Below are positions 1-48,750 of a DNA stretch of 64,000 nt, in pieces. Every line of letters starts with the position of its first letter. Position 1 is the stretch's first letter. The stretch spans positions 6,489,264-6,553,263 of the forward strand of contig CAVNZM010000006.1 of NCBI GenBank assembly GCA_963693365.1, in the 5' to 3' direction. The DNA comes from Amoebidium appalachense. Taxonomy: Eukaryota; Protista; Ichthyosporea. A program made the position numbers and the translations under genes. The notes below the pieces were generated by a model. The model was not told the origin of the DNA and did not search any database. It saw nothing but the letters and a program-made list of their open reading frames with translations.

Positions 1-508
1 CTTGAAGAGACTGTTGCTGAGATATTATCATAGTCGGAAAAGTGGTGGAAGAGGGTGAAGGCCGAGGGGAGGCCTCGGAAGAGAGTAAGAGAGGAAGAAG
101 AGAGAGAAAAGGGGTGGGGCCCGGGGGATGTTGAAGGGTGGAGAGGAGGCGACAGAGAGTCTTTCGGTTTGGAGAGAGAGCATTAGAGAGATGGAGAAAG
201 AGAGGGAGACAGGGAGTGACGGAGGGGGAGGGGGGAGGGGAGGGAGGGAGAGAGAGAAAGAGATAATTAGAGTTGAGAGCGTGCCTCGGGGGGGGCGGGG
301 GGCCGGGAGGGGGGGGGGGAGGGGAGGGCCCGGGAGGGGGGGGGGGGGGGGGTTGGAGGTTTGGGGGGGGGGGGGGGGGTTTACAAGAGTTTGCTATTCA
401 ACGATTTCGGTTTTTATAGTGTCTACTATGTAGTCTAGATCTAGAGCAGGGGTGTGCCATTGGATTGGCTATAGAATAGATAGACGTAACCAGGTGTTTT
501 TCACTCAC

Positions 509-963
509 CGTCGAACTGTGCACATGTCGAAGACGTCAGGGACTGTAGCCATGGTACTAGTTGCGGCATGGCAGCCTCTGCCCTCGCCCTTGAAGAGTTT
601 GGTGTGGCCATGATGCAGTGACGACGTGTGAGTCCACGGGGACACCCTTCTCCCCCAGAGGCGCCGGGACACGGGCAACGGCACGACGCCATGTCGTATC
701 GACAGTGTGTGCACACGTGCACGTGCATGCTCGCTGCACCTTGCCGCACTCTGCGCAAATGCACACGTGGGAAGGGCCTGGAAGGGTGCGTCCACACCCG
801 CACTCTGCCTCCGAGCACACAGGGGCACGTGCACGGTTTTGTTTTTTGGAACTGCTGTTTGTGACTGAATGGGTGTGGGCGGGTTGGAAAAAGTGCTATG
901 CAGTTCAGTCCGTGAGTTTGTCAATGAGTTCGTTGCTGTTGTAGTGGTGGTTGTGTCTTCCAT
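509..963 (-). CDS. Probable first exon of a minus-strand gene continuing off the left edge; Thr/Ser-rich N-terminus followed by a Cys-rich, possibly frameshifted region (may be a pseudogene)
   Basis: ATG in caaacATGG context at 963; non-microsatellite sequence; strong GTGAGT donor at 508-503 (minus). CxCxxC repeats appear in neighbouring frames (see findings). No family recognised. Confidence 0.4.
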
Positions 964-1468
964 GTTTGCGTGGTTAACGTCTCAAATTTGAATGAGCTAC
1001 TAGCCAGTAGTACTAGTAGCAGTGTAACAATAGTCAATGCTTATAACGTCTTGGTTTACACCGCTAGGTCGTCGAACCTCCAACAATACAACGCTCTTTG
1101 CAAGCAGAAGTGGAAGAGAGGCTGAAGAGAGGGTGGGACAAAAAGAATTCGAAGCTTAGACTACGCAGCTGCAGCTGCTACGTTAGATCACCTTTGTTGC
1201 ATGCTGTCATATCATCCACCCACCCACCCACCCACCCACCCACCCTCCCTCCCTCCCTCCCAGCCACCCACCCTCCCACCCACCCTCCCTCCGGCCCTCC
1301 CTCCCTCCCTCCCTCCGGCCCTCCCTCCCTCCCTCCCTCCCACTCTCTGTCTCTCTCTCTCTCACTCCTCGAGTCTCTCTCTCTCTCTCTCACCGAGTCT
1401 TTCTTTCTCTCTCCACGAGTCTCTCTCCCTCCCTCTCCCTCTCTCCCTCTCTCCCTCCCTCCCTCCCT

Positions 1469-1571
<103 letters not shown>

Positions 1572-1858
1572 TCCGGGTGTGTGCGTCACTGCACGCATGC
1601 ACATACGTGTGTTTTTCGCGCCTTAAAATAAATTGTGTTTGCGCCAGTGTCAGTGCATTTGTGTGTGCGCTTGGCGCTGCCTTGTGTATGTTTTTATGTT
1701 TGTGACTGTGTGTGTGCGGGCAAATGTGTGAGTGTGTGACCGTCACGGTATGGTGTGTGGATGTGTATGTGTGTGTGTATGTATGATTATGTGTGTGTGT
1801 GTGTGTGTGTGTTTCTGAACACGGTGTGTGTGTGTGTGTGAGTGTTTCTGTCATGTAT

Positions 1859-1927
<69 letters not shown>

Positions 1928-2989
1928 GTGCGTTATTCGGTTTATTATTTTTTTATATTTTTTTTGGGGGGGGGTGGGGGGGTTTGTTTCTTGGTTTGTG
2001 TGTCAACTTTGTGTGTGTGCATATACACGCGAGCGTGTGTACACTATACATACACTGTGACGTGCATGCGCGTGAGAGCACGTGTGCATGTATGTGTGTG
2101 TGTCTCACACGGTGTGGGTGTGGGTGTGTGTTTCCTTGCACAACGTAAACCGTTGTAAGCTTTATATCATCCTATACACCTGGACGAGTAAAAAATGCCC
2201 CCCCCCCCCCCCCCCCCCCCCCCAACCACCCCCCCCCCCCCCACCCTCCCCGGCCCCTCTCCCCTCCCTTCCCCGGCCCCTCCCCTCCCCCCCCCCCCCC
2301 CTCCCCCCCCCCCCGGGGCGCCCCCCCCTTCGTCCCCCTCTCCCCCATCCCCCCCTCTCCCCCTCTCCTTAGGTTACAACTGAGGCGCTTTAGATCGCTC
2401 AGGATAACCTCACACACCCACGTACCACTCATCTGCATTCATATGCGTTCATATGCGCCCCACACCGTATGATATACAATCACATACACACAGCACACGG
2501 CAAGCATATGGCAAGGGCATGTGGGCACACCCACCCATGGGACACTCACATGTACACACACACGCACAAACACACACACACATATATATACACACAAATA
2601 CGCAAACACACCGTACACACACACGCACACACACACACATGGACGCACAACACGCACACACACGTGTGTATGTACACACGCTCACTGACGCGCACAGGTA
2701 CACACAAACACACACATCCCAAGAATCCAGCCCCCCCCCCCCCCCCAAAAAAAAAAAAAAAAAAAAAGAAAAAGAAAAAGAAAAAGAAAAGAAAAGAACA
2801 TTTAGCAGAACAGAAAAAGAGAATGAATGAACGAAAGAAACGACAATGTGAACAACCAGACCACTACCACTGCAGCTAATTTTTCCTCCCCCAAACGACA
2901 CCTTATTGATCATAGCCCAATCTCTGTTTGCCTGTTAGTGTGTTTGGCAACCAGCCTTATGGTTCTCTCAGAAACATGTCTACCCATCC

Positions 2990-3020
<31 letters not shown>

Positions 3021-3609
3021 CCCCTCCCCGCCCACTCCCTCCCCCTCCCCACCCTCTCGTCCCAACCGACACACTCCCACCATCACAAACAGCCCAAAAA
3101 AAAAGGGGAAAAAATTGGATTCATGGTGTCCGCATCCTTTGCTGGTTTCAGGACACTACGAGCCATGCAAAGACTAAATCAATGCCCGTGTATTATAGAC
3201 CCTATGCATGCACTGTTTTGGTGATTGTTTTGGTATTTTAAGTAGTTGGGAGGAACCTGCGACGATTGGTTTGCAGTCCGGAAGATACATGACTTAGGAT
3301 ATTTGGGGCAGCAAAAAGGTACAAGCTTTTATCCTCCCCCTCCCTCCCCCCCCCCTCCCCCCACCTACCCACCAAGGCTTTGCGCGTCCCAACACACTCA
3401 AGCCCACACGCGCACGCAAAAAAAAAGGGGGGGGGGAGGGGGGAGGGAAGGACGGAGGGAGGGAGAAAGGGGGGAGGGGAGGAAGGGAGGGAGGGGGAGA
3501 TGGAGGGAGGGGGAGAGGAAGGGTGATTGGGACGGGGAGGGAGAGTGAGTGGGAGTGGGAGAGAGAGAGAGAAGATATAGCAGGAGAGGGAGAGGGAGAG
3601 GGGACGGAG

Positions 3610-3659
<50 letters not shown>

Positions 3660-3955
3660 CAAGAGAGAGAGAGAGGGGGGGGGGGGGTCGGGAGAGAGAG
3701 GAGAGAGGGAGAGAGACAGAGCCTCGGGGAGGGAGAGAGGGAGAGATGGAGGGAGGAAGGCGAGAGAGAGAAAGACATATATGATATGGACATACCGAGG
3801 AGAGAGCATTCGAGAGAAGGGGACGATATGGTGAAGGAGGAAAAGAGCCTGAGGAGGAATAGGTGAGGGGGGGCGGGGGAACTTCTGAGAGTGCAAGTGG
3901 CAGATAAACTACCATCGAGAGCATCGGAGAGCGAACGAAAGAGTGTGTGTGGGAG

Positions 3956-4112
3956 CCAAGGCCTCCTAATTAGCTCACCATTTAGGAGGCCTTGGTGGGA
4001 GCATAAGAGCCTCCGCACGGGGGAAGGGAGGGTAGGGCGTGGGGGGGGGGGGGGGGGGGGGGGTGGAGAGAGGCAAGGCCTTCTACATAGCACTCCTATA
4101 TAGGAGGCCTTG
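3956..4112. repeat. Two related ~40-bp palindromic hairpins
   Basis: ccaaggcctcctaa..ttaggaggccttgg (3956-3995) and caaggccttcta..taggaggccttg (4074-4112): near-identical stems with different loops. Confidence 0.75.
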
Positions 4113-4183
4113 GGGAGAGGGGAAGGAGAGAGGGGGGGGGGGGGGGGGTGGAGAGTGAAGATGGGGGGCGGGGGGGAGAGAGA

Positions 4184-4245
<62 letters not shown>

Positions 4246-5403
4246 ATAAATGGAGATGAGGAGAAAGAGCGAGTGGGAAGAACTGTGTAATGAGCAGAGG
4301 AACAATAGTGCGCACATCTGTGTTGAAAAGAAACTGGGGGGGAGGGGAGAGGGGGGGGATGTTTGGAAGAGGAGCAGATTAGTGTGACTCTTTGAAGCAG
4401 GAAGGCTGTAAGGGATGTGACCGTGCAAAAGCATACCAGAATAAAGGTGACAGGGATTGATACCGTAAAAACAATTTCCCCTTCCGGATGAGTGTGTGCC
4501 AAGGCATGTTGCTGCCGGAGAAAGAATTCACAAAAACCCTAAGACCCAGGGGGGTTGGGGGGGGGGGGGTTTGGGGGGGGGTTTGGGGGGGGGGGGGAAG
4601 ATGAAGGTGGGAAGGAATACAAATTGTGGGAGCCTTAAGGCTCGAGTCGTGATGCATGCGCGTAGGTGTGTGTGTGTGTGTGTGTGTGTGTGCCTGGAGA
4701 GAGGGGGCGGGAGAGGGGTGGGGGGGGAGTATGCATTAGAGGTTGGTAACATGAAAGCACAGACACTAGCAGGAAAAGGTAAACCGAAGATCAAAGCAGA
4801 AAACCAACAGGAAACTAAACACACTGAGGGCTGGAGGTTGGGGTGAGATGAGGGGCCCGGGGGGGGGGGGGGGGGGGGGTATAGAATGAGGAACACGGTT
4901 GAAGTACAACTACACGAGGAGAAAAATAGTGAAGAACACATACAACGACATTCATTCAAGTGTACAACATCGGCAAAGAGCACAGTATGCAGCATGGGCA
5001 GGGCCCATCCTCAAAAGGCAGGCGGGGGGCGGACGGGAGGGGGAGGGGGGGGGGGGGGGGATGGATATGTAAGGGTTCATAAAGCAGCTGGATGACTCGA
5101 GGGGGGGAGGGGTTTGTAGATGGTTGAAAGGGGCCGGAGGGACGAAGGGGTAACTGTGATGTGGTGGTGGGGGTGGTTGGGTGGGGAGAGGGGGGTGGGA
5201 GAGGGGAGGGGGATTGTGGTGTGGGGCATGGAGGGGAAAGGTGGGAGGAGATGGAGAAACTACAGGGTCCTCGTGCCCTGGACGGAATGAAATCGACAAT
5301 CAACCAATACATAAGTCAACTATGATGGAAAGAAGGTAGTTATAAAGGGAGGGGGGAAGGGGGGGATCGGGTAGCATAAGTGTCTTATTGTTACACAGTA
5401 CTT

Positions 5404-5535
5404 CGTACACATTCAGGAGGGCGAGCACAACGTAGTTTTGCAGATCCCACACACAAACGCTGAAGTACGCGTACACATTCAGGAGGGCGAGCACAAGGTA
5501 GTTTTGCAGATCCCACACACAAACGCTGAAGTACG
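5404..5535. repeat. 66-bp tandem duplication (2 copies, 1 mismatch)
   Basis: cgtacacattcaggagggcgagcacaa[c/g]gtag...gctgaagtacg at 5404-5469 and 5470-5535. Confidence 0.9.
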
Positions 5536-6048
5536 GATCATAAGTATAGCCCAACATCCGGGGGGCGGAGGGGGGGGGGGGGGGGGGGGGGGGAGGGGGG
5601 GGGGGGGGGGGGGCGCAATGGGCTCACCTTAGCATGCACACTCGTAATATGTTGCCTTGCAATGTACAGTGTTATCAATCGTTAAGTCTACTTGTCAAAG
5701 GAAGGAAGACATGGGGGGGGGGGGGGGGGGTTGAAGGCGGGGAGAAAGAAGGAATGGAAGAGAGGGGGGAGAACAAGGGGAGGGGGATGCTTCACTTTTA
5801 GTACCGTATCAGTTGGTTCCACATCGGCAAAAATGTTGCATATACATCGGCTTTTTATTTCAGGTCAACCTCCATATAGAAGGTTTATTCTTAATATTTA
5901 CAACAACACGAAAGTGTTCAGCCTGAGGCTATTCTCCTGGCTTACGAAGCCCGGAAAAAGAAACAAGAAACAAGAACCCTAAACAAAAAGGTAGGGTAGG
6001 GTACCCATACCTAAAAAAGGAAAAGTGACTGTCCACCCGTCTAGGGCC

Positions 6049-6714
6049 TTACAGGTTGGGCTGGGGGGTGAGGCGGATGTAGCCCTTTCCAGAAGGAACG
6101 CTGACCTTCTCGAAGCCCTTGGGGAACTTAGCAGTTGCAGCCTCGTCACTCAAAGATGGCACCACCATGCAACGATCACCATTGTTCCAGTTGACGGGGG
6201 TGGCGACAGAGTAGTTTGCGGTCAGCTGGAGAGAATCAATCACGCGGATGATCTCGGCAAAGTTGCGACCAGTGGTGGCAGGGTAGAGGATAGAAAGCTT
6301 CAGCTTGTTGTCGGGGCCAATAACAAACACGGCACGGGCAGTAAGGGGAAGACCGGCCTTGCCAATCTCATCGGGGTCCAACATGCCAAACTGAACAGCA
6401 AGCTCGCGGCTGTGATCGGCGATGATGGGGTAGTCGAAGGACTTGACACCCTGGGACTCCTTGATGTCGTTGATCCACCCGTTGTGTGACTCGACATCGT
6501 CGATGGAGAGGGCGATCATCTTGACGTTGCGCTTCTCGAACTCATGTTGCAGCTTTGCAGCGGCGCCAAGTTCAGTGGTGCACACGGGGGTGTAATCGGC
6601 GGGGTGGGAGAAGAGGATGGCCCATGAGTCGCCCTTCCAATCGTGGAACTTGATTTTGCCCTGTGTCGTCTCGGCTTCGAAGTTGGGGAACTCGTAACCC
6701 AGCTTGAGACCCAT
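6049..6714 (-). CDS. PRDX6: 1-Cys peroxiredoxin (peroxiredoxin-6 family), 221 aa, intronless
   Basis: FSHPADYTPVCTTE peroxidatic-Cys motif, ARAVFVIGPD, YPATTGRNF, VATPVNW. Residues matching the PRDX6 PLA2 triad are present (FHDW His, GDSWA Ser, GPD Asp). Strong GC3 codon bias. Confidence 0.97.
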   Translation of the reverse strand: MGLKLGYEFPNFEAETTQGKIKFHDWKGDSWAILFSHPADYTPVCTTELGAAAKLQHEFEKRNVKMIALSIDDVESHNGWINDIKESQGVKSFDYPIIADHSRELAVQFGMLDPDEIGKAGLPLTARAVFVIGPDNKLKLSILYPATTGRNFAEIIRVIDSLQLTANYSVATPVNWNNGDRCMVVPSLSDEAATAKFPKGFEKVSVPSGKGYIRLTPQPNL

Positions 6715-6794
6715 GGTGTTCGTTGGAAAGTTTACGAAACAGACTGTGTGACAAGAAAGGAAGGAAAACGAGTGTGCGAAGGGGAAAAAAAAGA

Positions 6795-6835
6795 GGGCGG
6801 GCTTTTAATAGCTGCTCGGGGAAACGTTAGATTGG
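6795..6835 (-). promoter_or_regulatory. Putative PRDX6 core promoter: TATA-like TATTAAAA and CCAAT box
   Basis: Minus-strand TATTAAAA at 6810-6803 (~90 nt upstream of the ATG), CCAAT at 6835-6831, and GGGCGG at 6795-6800. Confidence 0.5.
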
Positions 6836-9599
6836 GTTGCCATTTGCCTATTGCTAAACCGTTATTACGCTACGTGACAACTAGAGTTTAAGGAACTAAA
6901 AAGCAAGTTATAAAACGATTTAAAGACTTAGTGTTTTTATCAGATTGATTTGAATGGCTTAAAGTTTACTCCATAGTAATTGATTTAACCTGTCAGAAGG
7001 AATTTAACTTAGGCCAATAGGAACAGTGCAAGATAAGATCCTGTATGAGCGCTAGTCGCATTACAGCCAACAGCGTAGGCATGAGATCCTCATTACCTTC
7101 GCAAGGTTCAAGCGACCAATGAAAAACGTCTAATTCAGCACATTCTTCGTAGCCAATCGGAAGGCACCTCCATGAGCACAACAAACCAAAAAAAAAGCAA
7201 ACATGCGACATTCACGAACCGTTCTGTTTGAAGGAGAGTTTGAAGGTCAATGAAGGAGCCCACGCCGCCACGCGTTTTCTTGTCAGTGTAGGGCCTCTCT
7301 ATAAGAATGCGTTGGTAGGAGGTCAACGCTGTGAAGACCGTACAGTTCTATGATTAGCGTGCACCCAAACCCGAGCGCAGCATTGGGCATCTTGAACATC
7401 AACGAAATGTAACATGCATTTGGTGCACCATGCCATTGGCCATATTCAATGCAATTGGGTACCCGGGTGAGAAGCAGGCACCCACTTCATGATCATTGGT
7501 GCTTGAGGGCTGGGCAGGTCCTATTTTCGGCCCATGCAAATATTAGTATGCAAACGTGTCTTGGTTGAGTTTGAGTTTAAAATGCTCCCGCCAGTCCTGC
7601 AGGAGCCCCCCCCCCCCCCCCCCCCCGGGCACCCCCCACCCCTCTCGAGAGCTCTCTAGCCCTTCCACCACACTCCTGCTCTCTGCTTGCTTTCAGATGT
7701 CATGCCCAGTAGTGTGGTAGACTGAAGAGTAGTCAAAAAGGCTCCTGAGTCATGGGCTTTCGTTTTGTGGGTCACAGCAGGCGAGGCATTATGGTCTCGA
7801 AACAATTCAGCTCTTCAAGACTCCAGTCACCCATCCACACCCCTTTCCAAGTTGTTCTGCCACAGGTGTTCAGAGGAATGCCCATCACATGTCTTTAGCC
7901 ATAGGCTTTTTTTTTTTCTTTTTTGTTGTGGCGCGCTAGTAGGGGAGAAGGGGGGCGGAGAGGTGTTTTGTGTGAGTATGTACGTGTATGTGTGCCCGTG
8001 CGTGCGTGCATGTGTGTGTATGTTTGTGTGCTTGTATGTGATGGCGTGCGTGTGTGTGTGCGCACACGTGCAAGTATATTGTGTGCGTGTGTGTGCAAGT
8101 GGTGTTGTCTTTCTGGTTGTTGTTCGTGTGTGTTGGTTGTATGGGAGGGCCATTGATAGGGGAAGGGGGAGAGAGGGGAAGGGGGAGAGTGAGAGGGATC
8201 TAGAAGTCGGCAAATATAGAAGTGCGGGAGAGCCCCAGGGTAAAGGAATCTGAAATAGGGCTAATTAATATCAGGAAAGCTGTGGGTGAGGGAGAGGAAT
8301 TAACGGCCTTGCTTGCTAGAGGTTGTCTGTACTTAAGACAGGTAGAGGGAACGATGGGAGTGGAAGAGGGTCGTTGGCATTCTCGGCCGGGGCTTAAAAT
8401 GGGAGAAGAGGTGGTTGGCTTAAAGAAAGAGTTTTTTTTTGCTGCCGAAGACTCTACAGATGCCGTGTCGGTTAGTTCGAATCCTGACGGAGATCCGGCT
8501 GGGGGGCCCTGTCGGCTGCTGCGGAGGAGTCGGGTGGGGTGTGGCGAGTTATTGGTGGGTTGGTGGGGGGAGGGGGGGGGGGGGGGGGGGGGGGGGGGAG
8601 AGGCGGGGGGGGAGGAGGCTGAGTATATGAGTTAACGTGATTCAGCTCAGAGTCCAGGAGAGGAGTATATTAGGAACGGTGTGAATCACTGAGTGATGAT
8701 TTTCTGGAACTGGTGCCCGGGCGTTGAATGGCCAAAAAGAAGCCATGCATAAGCAAGTGGGACGCTGTAGTAAGGATTTTTTGTGTGATAGCACACCTTT
8801 ATACGCCACTACACGGGCACCAGCTTTGCAATTGTAGCATATCATATCATGAGGTCAGGTATTCAGTGGCAGTAAAGTTTGGGCAACTCAAGTTGTGTGT
8901 CGCCTCCGCGGCCGCGCCCCGGCCGGCCGCGGTTGCCACGACCCAATCGGGCCAGTCATGTTCGGTCCATCATTGTCGATTCGAGCCACAGAACCGCAGG
9001 CTCTTAATTGGTCTGAAATGCGCTTGAAATACAAAGCTCAAAGAAAAGGTTTTCCATTAGTTATTTATTATTTTTATTATTGTTTTGATAGAAAATTTAA
9101 AATTTAGAGATACTGCCTCTAATAGACAGAAACTTTTTATGGACAAGCGTGGCTCAACGCCATCATCGAATCGAACCTCTAGATCGGCGACCCGAAACTC
9201 TAGAACCCGAAATCGAAGTGCACGCACCGCGCCCTTGCGGCTTTCCCGCCGTTCACCAACTCGTGTTCTGTTGCAAGAAAAAACACCACGTATTTTTTGG
9301 TTGTCTGTAAATAGGCAGCTGTTCCCTCCCATAAAGAAGCCGTTTTGGTTGGTATATTTTTGGGTGGTTATCTATAATTTTAGCGCCTAGCCATTGTTGG
9401 TGGTTTTCCTTTTGGCGCTTAATGGTGAGAATTTGTTCTGGGGGAGAGAGCAAACATCTATTTTTGTTACCAGTAGATCCCACTTTCTGTTAGCAGCCTA
9501 ATAAGTATAATAACGTGTGGGGGGGGGAACATCGCTTTTGCGAATTTGCGGCAAATAACAGCACATCAACACTTCCGAAGCTAGCTGCAAACGTGAAAA

Positions 9600-23809
<14,210 letters not shown>

Positions 23810-24528
23810 TCTGCCGTCTACTCTCCCACCGCCGTGTGCTAACAGAGATTCTTTAATCCGAACGGTTGGATGATGGGCAAAATAACTGCCGTACTCAACC
23901 CGATTGTTAAAGTCCCAGGGGGTGTCTGTGTCCCTAAGAGGTCACCCTGGTATGCGGTAATATTGGCTAGTATTCACAAGCTTAAACAGTATAGCGGTGT
24001 GTTTTTAGTGGTTTGTACGTGCTGTAGCAGTTCTAAATACTTCGCGACGGTCTCAGGTTGTTTGTGGCACTTTTGGGTAGGCTTCTTGGAATCGCCCTAA
24101 GGTCCCTTGTAGTTTGTTTGATACTGTGAAGATTTTTGGTTTTGTTTAATTTTATTGAAAATATTGTGAGGTTTACTTATCACTATCGACTCATCCAGAA
24201 TTGGTTGGGTTTTATTTTATCGCGTGGGTTATGGAAATGCAGAAATAATGTACAGTCATGTTAGGGGTTGAGTGTTATTTGGAGTGTGACCCGAGGCAAT
24301 TCTTGCTTCTTCAGATCTAACGATTGGGTAATGATTATAAGTAAAAAAATTTGATGGTGTACACACCCATCCAGCTGTGATTTCGAAAATATTGGCAGCT
24401 GTTTATTCGAAATGCGTGCACATGCGTGCCTGTGACACTGTACACACGCGTGTGCGTGCTTATGTACACGTCTGTGCATGCGTATGCACGTGCACGCACT
24501 TGTGCGCATGTATGTTTGTGTTACGGTC

Positions 24529-24559
<31 letters not shown>

Positions 24560-25395
24560 CGCGCGCTTGTGTAAATCAAATTTGTACGCGCGCGCACGAT
24601 GTTCGTATGCACATGTACACATGTGTGTAACTGGTGTGAATGTACACACGCGTACGTGAATGTGTGCCGTGTGCGTGGGTGTGTTTGTCTGTGCTTGTGA
24701 CTGGTTGCGGTGTTTGCTGGTGGGTTGTGATGATAATGATGGTGGTGGTGGTTATTTCGTGGTGGTGGTGGTGGTGGTGGTGGGGCGCCGGGGGGGGCTA
24801 AAAATAGAATGTAATATTTGAATCGATTTGGCGCGAGAATGTGCGCCGCATGCCGTAGCCAAGATCGTCGACGTGGCACAAATCGCGGCTCATGAGCTCA
24901 TCTCGTACGCGTTCTGAAAGTTTCAAGTTTCAAGAACACAACTATTTTTTTTAATTTTTTTTTTCACGGGCTTAGCTGATGTAGAACTACAGTAACTCAA
25001 TTCTACGTATACCTGTTTTATGTGGTTGCTCATGTTCTTTTCTAGTTTCTTGTAATGGTTATGGAGAAAAACGGGCGAACACGTGATTTACTAACTCTGC
25101 TTTAGCTTGGGGTCCGGCGGTGGCAACCCGGCATGGGCATGGCTTAGATCTAGCTGGAGGACTTTAAGGGGCAAGAAGACGTATTCACGAAGCAATTTTG
25201 CAAAAACTGTAAGGGCCGGTGTTCTAAGATATCTCTGTCGTCACTTCTTAATAAAACCCTACCATTTTTTTTTGAGGCCCTCGAGAACCAACACAATACT
25301 CTACCTCCCTTGGTGCCTTTGGCCACTAGGCCACCTCCATGCAGCTGTCGGCACTCGCAGTTTGGGAACAAGGATAGCGGATCTTCGTTACAGGC

Positions 25396-47015
<21,620 letters not shown>

Positions 47016-47167
47016 TTTTTTTAACCTTTTTTTATTTCATTGTTTGCAATGTTAGCAAGATGCCCATTGGTTTTATACAAATAATGCCAACATTACCAGA
47101 TGGCCGCAAACTGCAGCTATACTTATTTATTTTATTTTATTTTATTTTTTTTATTTTTATTTTTTTT

Positions 47168-47198
<31 letters not shown>

Positions 47199-47414
47199 GG
47201 GGGTTAAATTTTGGTTGTGGCAGTAGCATGCATGGATGCAAGGTTCAAGGCGTGTTTCTGAATGAAATCCTCATTGGCTTGCTGACTGGGCTCTTGTTTC
47301 TTTTTTTTTCCATTGTGGGTGTATGTCCCTTCTTGGTGCAATGTGCTGGGGCGGTTTGTGAGATGAGGGCCCGTTGTGGTGGTGGTTTCCCCTGCTGATG
47401 CGTGTTGGTGACGA

Positions 47415-47452
<38 letters not shown>

Positions 47453-48286
47453 GAATTCAACTCGTACCTTAAGTTGACAGTGTGTGTCTTTACATGCTTC
47501 GTTGTGATGATATGTGAATGACATAATTTATAAAACTATTTTGCTAGCCTCAGAGGTTTCCTGTACGTGCACGCAGTGCGTGGTCAAATACAAATATCTT
47601 CATTGCGAAATTGTATATCCCATCGATATCGATATCCTGCGAGATGACGTCTGATAAGATGTGCAGAGTGTGCATATATATCCTCGCGAACACACGAAGT
47701 AGATATACCCCAATTTCCCTGGCAGCAGCTGGCTTCACATTTACTCGAGCAAAAAAAATGAGATTGGTGGATAGATAGTGTGGATTATTTGCTATACTGA
47801 CTCGTTGCAAATATTGAGAACCCCCAAAAAGGTTAGCAAATTGTGGGGGGGAGGGGGGGGGGGGGATTTCCTGTACATGCATACATGGAGAATGCTTGTG
47901 TGTGTATGCACTCTTTTTTTGAGTGCCATTAGCGTTGATCTTGTGTGTGTGTGTGTGTGTGTCATCACACTGCTCAACACAACACGGTGGATCCTCAAGT
48001 TAAGTTTAGGCACATGCACGCACCAAACCGAAAAATGAGATTCGCTGGGCAGCTGGAAACAGGACAATATATGGATATATGGGGTGCTTTATTGTTTCTG
48101 CTTGCAAGTGGCTTACCACACTATAGGTACCTGATTCATGTCTTCATTTATCCATCATCACAACTGCCTCCCTCTCCCTCCTCCCCCCCCTCCCCCCCCC
48201 CCATACCCCATATACTGCATGTGACACACACACAAACACATCTACACACTCAGGACACACACACACGCACGCGCACGCACACGTAC

Positions 48287-48329
<43 letters not shown>

Positions 48330-48686
48330 GACACACACACTGGGGGGCGCGGGGGGGGGGGGGGGGGGGGGGGGGGGGGAGAGAGAGAGAAGGGGAGTAC
48401 ACAGTAGTGCTCAAACTATCTACACAACATCACAGAAAAACTTTCAGAAGAAGCGCGAAAAAGCAGCAGCAAAGCAATGACGACAGTTGGCGCCCATCTC
48501 CCTCAGTCCCAATTTCAACGGTTTCACTCGACCTACAACCCCTACAAGTGGAACTCCTAACCCCTTTCCCCTCCCCTCCCCCGCCCTTCCCCTCCCCTCC
48601 TCCTTCCCCCCCCCCCCCCCCCCCCCCCCCAACCCACCCACACACACACACGCCTTACCATTCTCCTACCCTCCCCTCCTCCTACT

Positions 48687-48750
<64 letters not shown>

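Noticed and set aside
7200-7560. Coding-looking sequence upstream of PRDX6
   Set aside because: Stops in all frames and no recognisable family; cannot be supported as a pseudogene without a search.
8906-8932. GC-rich hairpin ccgcggccg...cggccgcgg as a possible Helitron end or terminator
   Set aside because: No CTRR terminus at the expected distance and no T-tract; single occurrence.
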